Below are positions 41,601-52,189 of a DNA stretch of 64,000 bases, one piece after another (positions within the stretch are counted from its first letter, which is position 1; the number at the start of each line of letters is the position of its first letter). Below the pieces are notes generated by a model. The model saw only the letters and a program-made list of their open reading frames with translations. It made no database searches and was not told where the DNA came from. The position numbers and the translations under genes are program-made. The DNA comes from Phoronis australis (Eukaryota; Animalia; Phoronida), in the NCBI GenBank assembly GCA_002633005.1, contig NMRA01000093.1, positions 415,322-479,321 on the forward strand, in the 5' to 3' direction.

Positions 41601-44600
41601 GTTCTTCATCTTTAACCTTGTTGTTGTAATCTTCCCTTAACAAAGTTGTTTCATTCACACACCACGCATAATCATTCAAAATATTCTCATTCACTCTGTC
41701 TCAGTTGTCTTATGGTGCACAGACAGCTGAGTTAATTACGGGCAAAAGAGGGAGATAAGTCTCATTTGTTTTCAGTGTGTTGGTGGGCTATTTATGACGA
41801 TCTCACTTATCAGTGTCATCTAAATTGTTTACAATCAACAGACTAGCAAACTGTAGGACTTTTAAGTTCTAAAATGAATTTCATAGTAAAACCCTCAAAT
41901 ACCTTAGGCGGGCAGTTCTTTAAGTGAGCGTTGTAGACCATGACCTGAGTTCCAACTCTGAGTACTCGGTGAGCAGACAGGCAGAGGAGATAACTTAGGT
42001 TCAAAAGGAACTTATCATCCAACAGGTACTCCCCAAGGTGAGCATTTTTGTTACAAGTGATAGTGCCCTGAAATGGTGCACAGTTCACATTTACAATATG
42101 TACAAGTGATAGTGCCCTGTAATGGTGCACAGTTCACATTTACAGTATGTGCAAGTGATAGTGCCCTGTAATGGTGCACAGTTCACATTTACAATATGTA
42201 CAAACAACAGCAATGCAATGTGTTGATGTGCAACCACAATGGAGACAGCAGACGGAATGTTTTTGGGAATACTTATCAGCTTCATGTAGGTACACGGAGA
42301 CAACAATTTGACCATAAGGGGGAGCTGCAATAGTCAGAACTAACATATTATTAAAAGTTTAAAATAAAAAAAACATTCAAAACTATTACGAAAGAAATGA
42401 AAACACTCTGAAGAGCAACACTTAGCAAAATCCAATGAAGAATTTAGAACTGAAGCCAACAAAGAAAGCAAAAACACGACGCCTATGATACTAACAACAA
42501 CCAAGACACCGACGGTGACAATGCCATAAACAGCTCAATGACATATGCGCCAGTGCAGCTACATAGAAAAACAACTGCCAATGACAATGAGGTCACTGAC
42601 AGTGGCAACAACACCGCCTAGACTGAAGATGATAATGACTAATAAGCTGCTCGTTGAGACCAAAATGGTTACTAGAGGGTGCCGTAGTGATCAAATCCAC
42701 CATGTGTTGATGCATTGCCGTCACATAGAATTGTTTCGAGTTTCACTGAAATCCATCAATTGGTTCTGTAGAAGGCATCCAGAATCACACACCCCCAAAG
42801 TGCTGATTGAAAAAGTCCCTTGTTGAGACCAAAATGGCCACTAGAGGGTGCTGCACTGCTGCATTGGCCAAACCCACCCAAAAATCAACTGGTGTCATCA
42901 CATTGTCACATACCTCTGTATCTTGTTTCACTGAAATCCATCTATCGATTACTCCAGATATACGGAAATGTTTCTCTAAAAATACTGAAAAGCCCCACTG
43001 CTCTAGCCCTGGGAGGCGGCGCAAACTGAAAGTGACATCCTCCACTCATGCCCTACAATCTTATGCTTAACTTCATCAAGGTTTGATCAGTACATCCAGA
43101 CGACCGAATGCTTGGACAGGATGACTAACAATATAATGTACAAGTAAACTCCATCGTTACCAAGCTTTCTGTAGAAAAAGAATGAGATAACGTGAATAAT
43201 AATCAATAGGGTAAGAGTTTGGTTAATTTCAGTGAAAATAACAAATAGTGATCTCCACAATCTGTTTTGACTTGTCACTGCTTGGAGTTTGAATTTTGAC
43301 GAGTTTGGCTTACTTGCATTCACTTTGAAAACCTATGCAGTGAATTTGAAATATTGACAGATCAGTCATTTCTAAAGCAAATTAGAACATTTTGGATTTT
43401 TGGTAACACTTTTATGAATTTATTCCAAGACTTAACAGACACACTTGCCACAACATGTAAATTGACTTTGAACACGTTCATTAACTTTGTAATTCCAGTC
43501 AAGATTGAATTTTCTGTTGTGGAGAACACTGAACAAAGTATCTAAGCTTTAGATCACATTAACACAAAGAACAAATTTACATCACCTGAAAACATTTGCG
43601 ATCATGCGATGGACATGGTGCAGCTCCTCCTGTTGAGCAGTCTACAAACTCCTGTTGGTTGAGCTGATACCACTCCCCAAGTGTCACCAAGTTAACAGTG
43701 TGCTCTCCATCAATAAACAATTCTGAATTACTTCCCGGAACAAATAACCGAAACTGTGAAGGAGTACCCGGATTATAGGTTGTTGGCCTGAGCTCAGTCA
43801 AAGTGACCAACATGTCAGGCCATAGAAATTTCTGCCAATGCAGATATCGTTCATCTGCCATGAGGATACTGATTCGACAGCCATTTTCCCCCGAAATCAA
43901 TTGCAAGACGAACACGGCCTTGTTCTTTACATGAATCACATGTGTTACACAGTCGACAAAACCGTGGATATTGACCAGTTTTGATTTACCTCTACTCATT
44001 TTGGCGTGCAACAATAAGCCAGCGTCGATGGTGTTGACAGCATTCAGAATTTTGTTGACTTGCACCTTGGGATGAACAATAATGGGTGACGACAGAACCT
44101 CAACAAATGATGTTCCATCTTCACAAGCTATGAAGTTGTAGTCGCAGATTATGGCCAGATTGCCAAGGTCATGTGACCTAACAATGCTGCCTCTGATGAA
44201 ATCGAGAACAACCTCCCCCGATTTGTCCACCAAGACTAGTTCACTCTCGTACTGTGAGCTTGACCTTTGCAGCGTACCAATCAAAAGAAGATGTTTTTGC
44301 TTCAAGTATTTCTCACGGCCTGCATAAGAAAGGAAAACATGAAAATTAATTTCTCAAAAAGCAGTGGTGGATTTGGGAGGGGGCCAAGGGGGCCATACAC
44401 CCCCTAAAATTATCTCAGATTTCATTTGGGAGTTCGGGGGTGCAAATGTCTGACGGGCAAAATCTTGGCTAATACTCAGCTATGCCCCCCCAACTCAAAA
44501 TCCAGGATCTACCCCTGAAAAGAATCGGAACTACATACTATTTGTTATCAAATGGTTATTAATTCAGTTTTACATAGGTCATCAGAAAGTTCATCTTTCA

Positions 44601-45143
44601 AACAAATATTCAAATAACAAATGGTGTTCTTTCAACGGTTTGAAGAGGCTACAAATCAGTCTTTTGTCACAAAACCTAACTTTATGAAAATGCCGCTACA
44701 ATGTATTTCTTAGTTAAATTAAAACTTGAGATATCTGGTGCTCATGAACCAAATGGGCTTGAACAAATTGTTTCTGCATTCAGATGCTCCACCATGAATC
44801 AACTGAAGTTTGAATTTGACCTCCGAAATGTGGGCTTTAATTCTAAATCACACTATTGATGTTTAGAAAACACGTTTCTCATCACTAGCAACTTATCTAC
44901 TGCAATAGCACAAAACAGCTAATCACCAAAGTTTAAGATATCGTCTGAAAGTGTATCATCATGACAACAAGAAAATGCTTGGTATGAGTCCATCATTTCT
45001 TTGACTGCAATGCAGGTAAGCTCATCTTCTCTCAGCCCATGTTTTCTCAGTCTCAATTTCACAGCATCCAGACATCTTCCAAGAGAGAGGAAATGCTCTT
45101 GAAAATTGACGTTTCTGTTGATATGGTCAACAATGGCCGACAT
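26541..45143 (-). CDS. CTC1: CST complex subunit CTC1 (telomere maintenance OB-fold protein); 14 coding exons, about 1190 aa; true start may lie further upstream
   Basis: Exons join through GT-AG introns with matching phases; summed CDS is 3573 nt (in frame, ends TAG). Motifs are collinear with vertebrate CTC1 as recalled: HLLLIGTL..LVDKSG; GEYLLDD..RVLRVG; EVWSEPHSCPL; LADQTGSIP; LGLVEG..VEFHGF..SSVVVRSF; KVDDGSG; LCRSSTVLRPVRL. Confidence 0.9.
26942..28477 (-). mobile_element. Helentron/HINE (DINE-1-like) non-autonomous element in the last CTC1 intron
   Basis: T-rich end with hairpin gcgcccgcatat..atatgtgggcgc (28444-28469), GGAC microsatellite (about 28382-28402) and central diverged repeats (aaaatggccac / gggggcac); left boundary approximate. 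Confidence 0.55.
28584..28728 (-). CDS. CTC1: CTC1 coding exon 13
   Basis: tttcag|FEKNIENTFARKLRMLCRSSTVLRPVRLTC...WRKE G|gtacta. Confidence 0.83.
29299..29440 (-). CDS. CTC1: CTC1 coding exon 12
   Basis: ctgcag|C IKVDDGSGIAKVYV...DLVFKK|gtaggc. Confidence 0.87.
29550..30849 (+). mobile_element. Decayed Gypsy-type LTR retrotransposon 3' part (integrase, PPT, short LTR) in a CTC1 intron
   Basis: ELQPYFARK..VVIPEQYR..IDEL..ALSQSYLWW; KGPQFTS..FLKCNGVEH; purine tract aggtgggagaag before TGTTA...TAACA (30733-30849). Confidence 0.78.
31498..32642. other. 572-bp tandem duplication across an n at 32070 (probable assembly/haplotype overlap)
   Basis: 31498-32069 matches 32071-32642 with two visible substitutions. 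Confidence 0.85.
32522..32725 (-). CDS. CTC1: CTC1 coding exon 11
   Basis: ttccag|A CLLSTF...VCLLCTK..GCNH...AEA TG|gtgtgt; CxxC motif. Confidence 0.85.
33178..33491. repeat. 38-bp minisatellite, at least 8 copies, with alternating A/B variants; ends at an n
   Basis: ctatgtgcaccactcagttccacctgcccctaccaata alternating with ctacgtgcac...ccttcccctaccaaca. Confidence 0.95.
33839..34085 (-). CDS. CTC1: CTC1 coding exon 10
   Basis: ttttag|GT DLLPT...PYILGLVEGVVVEFHGF...LQE AG|gtttgt. Confidence 0.87.
35004..35160 (-). CDS. CTC1: CTC1 coding exon 9
   Basis: tttcag|SSAFMES...VVTFVGLVTSK...PSF G|gtaaca. Confidence 0.83.
35570..36206. mobile_element. PIF/Harbinger-like MITE in a CTC1 intron
   Basis: TIR GGGCCTGTTTCAT / ATAAAACAGGCCC with 3-bp TSD CTG on both sides. 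Confidence 0.8.
36811..37682 (-). CDS. CTC1: CTC1 coding exon 8
   Basis: ctacag|GT SIPVVV...NNDSTE|gtgagt; within the 311-aa ORF 36796-37731. Confidence 0.88.
38192..38252 (-). CDS. CTC1: CTC1 coding exon 7
   Basis: cttcag|VIVGCLKVTKTGTILLADQT G|gtaaat. Confidence 0.83.
38782..39070 (-). CDS. CTC1: CTC1 coding exon 6
   Basis: tttcag|T VDSCC...EVWSEPHSCPL...LMSP|gtaagt. Confidence 0.87.
40152..40378. mobile_element. TIR MITE (related copy at about 43247-43531)
   Basis: CAGTGTTCTCCACAA / TTGTGGAGAACACTG. Confidence 0.65.
40505..40632 (-). CDS. CTC1: CTC1 coding exon 5
   Basis: ttacag|PFVYNSCLPV...QQKFSPSFM AG|gtgtgt; phase 2 fits the next exon. Confidence 0.78.
41050..41130 (-). CDS. CTC1: CTC1 coding exon 4
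   Basis: ctatag|GSSPSVYCCMMGSVKVLKFSPYDTPSK|gtgggt; 81 nt, too short for the ORF track. Confidence 0.8.
41903..42067 (-). CDS. CTC1: CTC1 coding exon 3
   Basis: tttcag|GTITCNKNAHLGEYLLDD...NCPPK|gtattt; 165 nt. Confidence 0.85.
42053..42202. repeat. 49-bp tandem repeat x3 spanning the acceptor of CTC1 coding exon 3
   Basis: tagtgccctg recurs at 42061, 42110 and 42159. Confidence 0.93.
43586..44319 (-). CDS. CTC1: CTC1 coding exon 2
   Basis: atgcag|GC CGT...; within ORF 43577-44305; donor CAG|gtgatg, phase 0. Confidence 0.88.
44362..44517 (-). mobile_element. MITE family A solo copy with perfect 5-bp TSD AAAAG
   Basis: aaaag|CAGTGGTGGAT...ATCTACCCCTG|aaaag. Confidence 0.85.
44927..45143 (-). 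CDS. CTC1: CTC1 coding exon 1 (exon begins at 45150 after ttgcag acceptor; first ATG at 45143)
   Basis: MSAIVDHIN...IAVKEMMDSYQAFSCCH...LNF; donor G|gtgatt, phase 1. Confidence 0.75.
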
Positions 45144-48100
45144 GACTTGTCTGCAAATTAATTAAAGATTAGAATCGTCAATTATTATAGGACATTAGCA
45201 GACTGCAAAATTTTCTGCACTTTCTCAGTAAAAATTTAGTCTCACTTAATTTAAGGAAAACTACAGTAATATGGATTTACTTAAACAGATAAAACAGGAA
45301 TGACAGAAGTTTTCTGATAAATTTTGCACAGTCAATACTAAAAATACCCTACATGATATCAGTTTGAAAACACTGCAAGCTTGCTGGCTTACAAGGATGA
45401 GTTAAGTGTGAAAAGTTTTCAAGGAGTGGCTTCTTAAGTTAGCTAATGCCCCTTGCAGATGAACAAAGCTCTATATCTTGCAGCATTAAACTTGCTGCTA
45501 GTGAAACTCCCTGTGGGGATTGCGGGGACATGAACAACTCTGGGTAGGTCTTTGGCATTAGGTATGGTCTCGCATGGTTATTTTGGCTTTCTGCCGTTTA
45601 GTATTGGTGGTTTCATAACTCCCACTTAAGTATTTTGGCACTGTGTGATTGGCAACAAACAAAAGTGACACTGGAGATGAGAATAGTAATTTTTCTATTG
45701 TCAACATATTATGTTAGTGTGGAAATTAAACATATAGCGTCTATACCTTATGTGGAAGACATACCTTAAACTGATACTGATGGAGGGTCCTGAATAAGCA
45801 GCTCACCAACCGAAGTTCTCAAGAAAACAACATGTAATTTTGCGGTAATGAACGTTAAGCTGATCGCGTTGAGATAAGAATTGCTTAAAAATCTACATGT
45901 TTGTTTTCACTACTTCGCTCTTTTGATGGACTACCCTATTCAAATTATTGAGAATAATGTGACCAATTTACACTCCTTGAAGTCCCATACCTTCAGTAAC
46001 CAAAGACAATAAATTGTTGAATAACCAGACATCTCTTGCTGGCTTATGGTACTATGTGCATCACATAGGCTCCTTACCACAAATGTATTAATTTTAACAT
46101 TTCAGTGGGCATTTTGCCCAGCTGTGTGCAGGAAACCATGACGTGACATAAATTTAACTTAAGGCACACAGTTCAAGTCCTAGGTATCCATCTGTGGTGG
46201 CCCTCATATTGCATCATGACTGTTTTGCATTATGCAGTTGTTATTCCCCTTTTTCATGCAATTTAAATTGACTACTTGGGCCCTGACATAGCTACCTGGG
46301 ATCCCAAAATTTGAACACTGTACTGGTTGCCCCAGTCTTTTGACTGTTGCAAATCTAGTGTCGATTCTACAGTAATATGAACAATTATGCCTCTGACTAA
46401 GGATTACAAGCAGCCATCGGGGTTTGTGCACTGTGTCAAAGACAAAATACTGCATTGACAAAGAGGTGACAAATTGAAAATGTAGTTTAAGGTACATAGA
46501 AGAACATTCTTGAGTTAGTGAGGTGCCATTTTAAAAATAAAATCTTACATTATGTTTATTACTTAATCACTGAAGGTGTGACTTAACGTAATAAGTAAAT
46601 TGATTGAAGTCCCTGTTATATGGTCTAAGTGCATAATGATTTTTGTAATATTTCAATGTAATTTAATTACCAATTAAAGTTGCGTTAGTAAGGAGACACA
46701 CCAGGACAGGGCCTAAACTAACAGCAACATATTCTTCCGTAATGGAGAGAAAGGACAATATTCATTATATCTGTGTTGGTTTCGAGCAAAAAATTTCAAT
46801 AAATAGCAACACCATTATTGTACTTAGAATCTTTGAAGCATTAGTATAGAACACATAGTCCATTTGTAAGTAATTTCACAAGAGACAACACTTGATGCCC
46901 ATAATTAAATTACTATATTATGGGAATAATAAAAAATGTTATAATTGCTGCTTGTAACTCATTCTTTCCCAGTTCAAGACTCATCGTTGTCTTCTTATTG
47001 GTTGAATGAAGTAACATCCCCACATGCTGATTGGAACAAAAAACATTCAACAATTTTTCCAATTGGCTAATGTTGAAAAATGTAGCATAACAGGGAGTCT
47101 CAAAAGTAATGGCACACGAATTTTAAATTAGTGCATAAATACGACTTAAAACGACATATGAATACCAAATCTGTATGTTATTTCTCAGCATTGAAAAAAA
47201 TTTAATCTTGAATTTCAATAGGTTTCATGAATTTTAGAATATAGTCCATAAGGGGTTTATCCACTTCTCCCCAACTGAAAACGTGAAAGGAACTTTGCTT
47301 AATTGCTCTCGTTAGTCTATAACATGCACCAAACAGGACAGATGTTTAGCTGATTCATCACCCCAGCTTTGCCATTCTACTTGTAGGTTGTTCATCGTCA
47401 CATGTCTTTTACAAGGACCGACAGTTAGCAGCGAGAGATGGGCATAATTGTTGAAAGGAAATTGAAACCAGAGAGTTCATACTTACCTGTCAATAAACTC
47501 TGTCCTTTTTAGATGTTCTCGGATCCTTTACACTTGTAATTAAGTTAAATATTACCCGTGTACTTGTGCAATTTACTTGGCCACATGTTTTAAAAATCGT
47601 CCATTGCCATACACTATCTTAAACCCACAGTCACTACGTTTTTATCCAGGTGATTTATAATTTGCTTATTTAAGGGAAAAGTTAAAAAGGAGAATAATTC
47701 TCTTTTCCAGAAAAAAATCTAAATTTTGCAGTTTTGGCAGTGTATTTATATCCAATCTATTACTCACAGGTAACTGTTCTTATACATATTGTATTGCAAT
47801 ACTTTGTTTTAGACAGGTAAATCAGTTAAGCATGTCTTTTACGGGACCACTGCCTGTACTGTGCAGACTGTTGTATACCTTCGGCAACCAGTCGGTCGGC
47901 AATGTACTGCATACTTTTTTCAAGGTACTGTCAGTAGTGAACTCTCTCGAACTGGTGTTACTCCACACAGGAAGGTACATATTACGAAATAATCGTGATC
48001 AACTCTTCAAAATTACTGACTTGATTTGCAATATACTGATAACTTACGTGTGTGTCGTCACTGTTTACGTTGTAGTCTACTTTGTAGTAGTGAGTGTCCG

Positions 48101-48259
48101 AGTACAGAAGTTGCCGATTGAACCAAATCCGTTTCGTAAGACAACATCCAAAAGTGGTCCTGGTAAAGAGAACAGGCCCATATAACTTAGTACAAAGAAC
48201 AACATGAGAAGATGCATTGAAAATTACACACTGCCAGCATGCTGCCAGCATTGTATCGC

Positions 48260-48335
48260 CAGTCAAAAACCCCGCGCTCGCCACTTCCGACGGACAAAGG
48301 TGGCGCTGAGGAGAGTCTAGAACCCAATCAGATAT
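48260..48335 (-). promoter_or_regulatory. Candidate CTC1 promoter region
   Basis: Locally GC/CpG-rich, with a CCAAT box and ETS-like CGGAAGT upstream of candidate leader exons (GTAAGT donors after 48048 and 47487). Confidence 0.3.
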
Positions 48336-50647
48336 CGCTCTAACCTTGATCACTTAAAACTTGAACTTTTATCTTTCGAGTCGTCAACCAAGCTTTGATC
48401 CCTCAAGTATTAATAAATACCCTTCCAGGTAAATGCACAGGAAAGTCCTTACTATTTCTTTCCCAAAATATTCGTAATCGATCACAAACTGGAAACCACA
48501 AACTTTCACAGGTAGGGACCGTCTGTGCTGCCTCCTTTTGGCGTGGCTGGCAGCAAACACGCCCCACTCAATCAGTAGGGCATAACTTTTTACACAGTCG
48601 CCACATTTAGCGAACAAACAAGGCAGGACATGTGACGTATTTTGATTTAAAAATAGATCACAAACACGTTCTGCCCGGCGTCGTCCGCGGCGTTTTCAAA
48701 TTGAAAGGAAAATCTGCCAGTGTTAAGTCTCTATCAAACAGATCGCACAGTGACTGGGAGTCCTTTTATTATGATGTAGTTTCGAGAAAAGTTCGTTTTA
48801 TTATGGTCCATCTTTGAAGGAATTTTTTGAAAAGGTGAAGTATCGAGGTTTCTAGTATAGCGCCTTGGGAGCTGTTTCAAAATCTCTTTTCGGAGTTCAA
48901 GTTCAGTTCCCGTGGATCACTCTGATTCTCCGCGGGCGTCTACTGCACGGCAACATCTTATTTTTAAAGTTGATGCGTCAGTCACGACACGCTCCGCCTG
49001 TGTAGTATACGTGTGCAAATTCCTGACAAAACATCTTCTAGTAACGATCTTCAAAAGAAATACGATTCTTGTGATACTGTGGTAAAAAGTAACATTATTT
49101 TATAAATAATCATTGGATAGTGTTTTGTGTAGGCCTAATTCACATATAGTGGTCTTCACGCTCCACCGTTTCGATAGCGGTCAATCCTATTGTAGTGGCC
49201 CTTTGTCAAGATCAACGCAAATTAAGTTTTCAGTCATTTTGTTAGATTTAAAATTTACCAAGTTAAAACTGCTCTCCACATTGCAGGCTTTAACTCTGTG
49301 CAAATGCCAGAGAAAAACAATTTGGGTGTAATAACGACCACCCGAAAGTAGTGCTGGCTATTACCTTCCATTTCATTAGCTCAGATCTACATCAATGCAA
49401 AAAGCGAGCTGAATAGGCCCCATAAAAGTTGTCTGGGGCTTAGGGAATCGGAGCGGTGACCAGTGTAGGCCTAAGCGAGAAATTCTCCACATGAGCCTGA
49501 CTGGGCTGTGCTGTTAAAAATAAAAGTTAAGTTGTAACATATTTGAAAATAAATCAATTAGCATTTCTGAAATCCCCGACAAATGCTGATCATGTTCAAT
49601 TTTGAATCGCCAAAATCGTCAGAAGTTACAACAATCTATTCTTTCCGAACATACCAATTCGCTTCGGGTTTGACTGTGTTCACACGTGATCTATAATAAG
49701 CCTGGTAGATAATTGGTCTGCTTGTTGTCATACCAGACAAAAGGCTGTGCTTCACAGTTAACAAAGAAGCTGGATGTTATCACCCGCTCACGACCTTTTA
49801 CGTCTGGTAAAGTCACTGAACGGGAGGACGCCGTCATGTTGTGAACTGCTGCACAGACTGCGTTCCAACCGATTACGTCATTGGTTAATTTCAACACCTC
49901 CGTCTGCCATAAGGTGTCAGGTAAAACAACTGAACTTGCTGTTATCAAGTGGAACTACTCGATCTAAATTGATTCAAAATAGGTTGTTTTTTAGTGGTAG
50001 TCTCCTTTAATGTCAGTTGGAACTTTTCACTTTGATAAAACACTCAACAACGCGTTTGCAATACTCGTGTTCATGACTTTCTTTATATCAAGACTCAGAC
50101 CTTAAATGAAATGAGCTTCAGCCAGTGTCCGATTGTACGAAACTCTGCGGGGTTTAGGATCTTCCCAATCACTAATTCGTGTTAATGTGTAGGTCTATTT
50201 TGGTCCATTCCATGTCCAGCGATCACGGTTGATGAGTTTAACTTGAAATCCAAATAAAAATCGGTGCATTTTTCGTAATATTTCTAGTATATGCAGTCCC
50301 TGAGGAAAGCAAAAAGTAATTGGAGGGGGAGGGGGGAACAAATTGGACTTCGCCAAACTTACCTCCCCCTTCCTGTCACGTTCTCCGGATGCCGCCGCAT
50401 TTGTACCGAACTCTTCACGTTCGCCATAGGTGGGGGGGCAACCCCGGGCATGCAGCCATTAGGATTTGAGTAACCCGTGGACCAACAAAGTTTCACCGGA
50501 TAGTAAGAATGGTCCCAGGGCCAGCGTACTGACGGGTTACCGGGAGCTGTCTCAAGTAACTGTAGCTGAAGTCTGAAAGTGTACAAATATGAAATTCGAT
50601 GAACTAAAGCTCAAATATGATACATTTGAGACAGCTTAGCTCGTAAC

Positions 50648-50788
50648 CAGGGCGGATCCAGGATTTTTAGTTAGGGGGAGCCAGTATTTTGCCCGTCAGA
50701 CATTCGCTCCTCCGAACTGCCAAATAGAATCTGGGAGAGTTTTAGTTGGATCCACGGCCCCCTTGGTCCCACTCTAAATCCGCCACTG
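50648..50788 (+). mobile_element. MITE family A solo copy
   Basis: CAGGGCGGATCC...AATCCGCCACTG; flanks gtaac / gcacc match only 3 of 5. Confidence 0.8.
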
Positions 50789-51101
50789 GCACCTATCCGT
50801 CTGCGCTGTCTCTAAGGTCAAAAGTCATGACGACAAATTTTGCGCTGCGGGAAAATTTGATTTTAAAGTAGGAGAGATTCCTGCTTGATGAACATATTAA
50901 ATTTAAGCCTTGGGCTCATATTAAATGTTTAAGAAAGTTCAAATGTGGTCAGTTTTCTCCCCTGGGTAGTTAAATCCCGTCATACTGGCTCACACAACGT
51001 CGCGAGTGAGAGCTGGGGCGCGTTTAGCCCGGCCGTCATCGTGCTTCACGGTAGACCCAGCAGCCCGGCACAGTGAGGAACGGTCTGTCCGGTTTGGTTA
51101 G

Positions 51102-51122
51102 AATTGGTTAGAAATATATAAA
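51102..51122 (+). promoter_or_regulatory. Candidate TATA box with adjacent inverted CCAAT
   Basis: ATTGG followed by TATATAAA inside a GC-rich patch (about 51000-51300), 2.2 kb upstream of the MAM gene ATG. Confidence 0.25.
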
Positions 51123-51751
51123 CATCATGTTGCCGATGCTCATTGTGGCGGATGAACAAGCAATATGACGCCGCAAAGCAAAGGCGCTACCGCACGCGCC
51201 GGTGTCCTGGAAACACCGTAACCTGAGCCGGGAGAGCCGAAACTCAGCTCATGTCGGCAGAAGGCTTTTTGAGAATGTTTGGTCTGTGTCGGTGACCCGT
51301 AGTCAGTGAATTAAGAATAAACTAGTTCATCAGAGAACTCAATTTCTGAAAGAATCTGAATGTACAGGGAATTTCAAGTACTAGAATTAGAAATCAGCTG
51401 TGCATATGTCACTGCCGACAGCACGGTAAGCCGAGATATATGTAATCTTGTACTCTTGGCCAGCAGGGGCAGGGAGAAATGGAACCAGTAGAGCTAGCGC
51501 GCGCCCTGTATTTTTTAGACCGGCCCGTAGTTTCACATCCAGCCTCTTAATTAGCGTTAGGTTCTGCCGGATGAAAAACTCTAGTTGCATAAAAGTTATA
51601 CGCTGTATATCAACAATGACGTCACATAATCACGCGTCACGTTGTTACTGTTGAACAATGCATTTGACGTCATGCAACAATCAAACTTATCCAGCGGAGA
51701 ACTTTTGAAGCTTTGTGCAACCCAGCCCAGGTTGTTTTTTTTTGTGTGTAA

Positions 51752-52189
51752 ACCGCTTTTGAAAGCACTGACTTATGTTTACAGCGAATCGAATGAAAAA
51801 CTAAAGGAGTCATTGATTCAAGCAGAGACCGTAGAGAGGGAGACGTTTCACCTAGCGAAATCCTACTTCAAGAAGCGTCTTTGATTCAAGTACGTATCAC
51901 GAGAATATCTAAAAGCTGCTCGATGAACTCAAAAAATCCGCCGTGTCAGTTTGTTGGCTCGAAGACTAGNTAGACCGCTTTTGAAAGCATGGACTTATTT
52001 TTACAGCGAATCGAATAAAAAACTAAAGGAGTCATTGATTCAAGCAGAGACCGTAGAGAGGGAGCCGTTTCACCTAGCGAAATCCTACTTGTTAGCGTTT
52101 TTGATTCAAGCACGTATCACGAGAATGTCTAAAAGTTACTCAACGAACTCAAAAATTCTGCCGTGTCAGTTTGTTGGCTCGAAGACTAG
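51752..52189. repeat. ~217-bp diverged tandem duplication across an n at 51970
   Basis: 51752-51969 vs 51974-52189; more than ten differences. Confidence 0.8.

Noticed and set aside
43087-43323. ORF with an acceptor-like ttctacag as an extra CTC1 exon
   Set aside because: Exons 2 and 3 already join in phase and match CTC1 continuously; the region overlaps a MITE.
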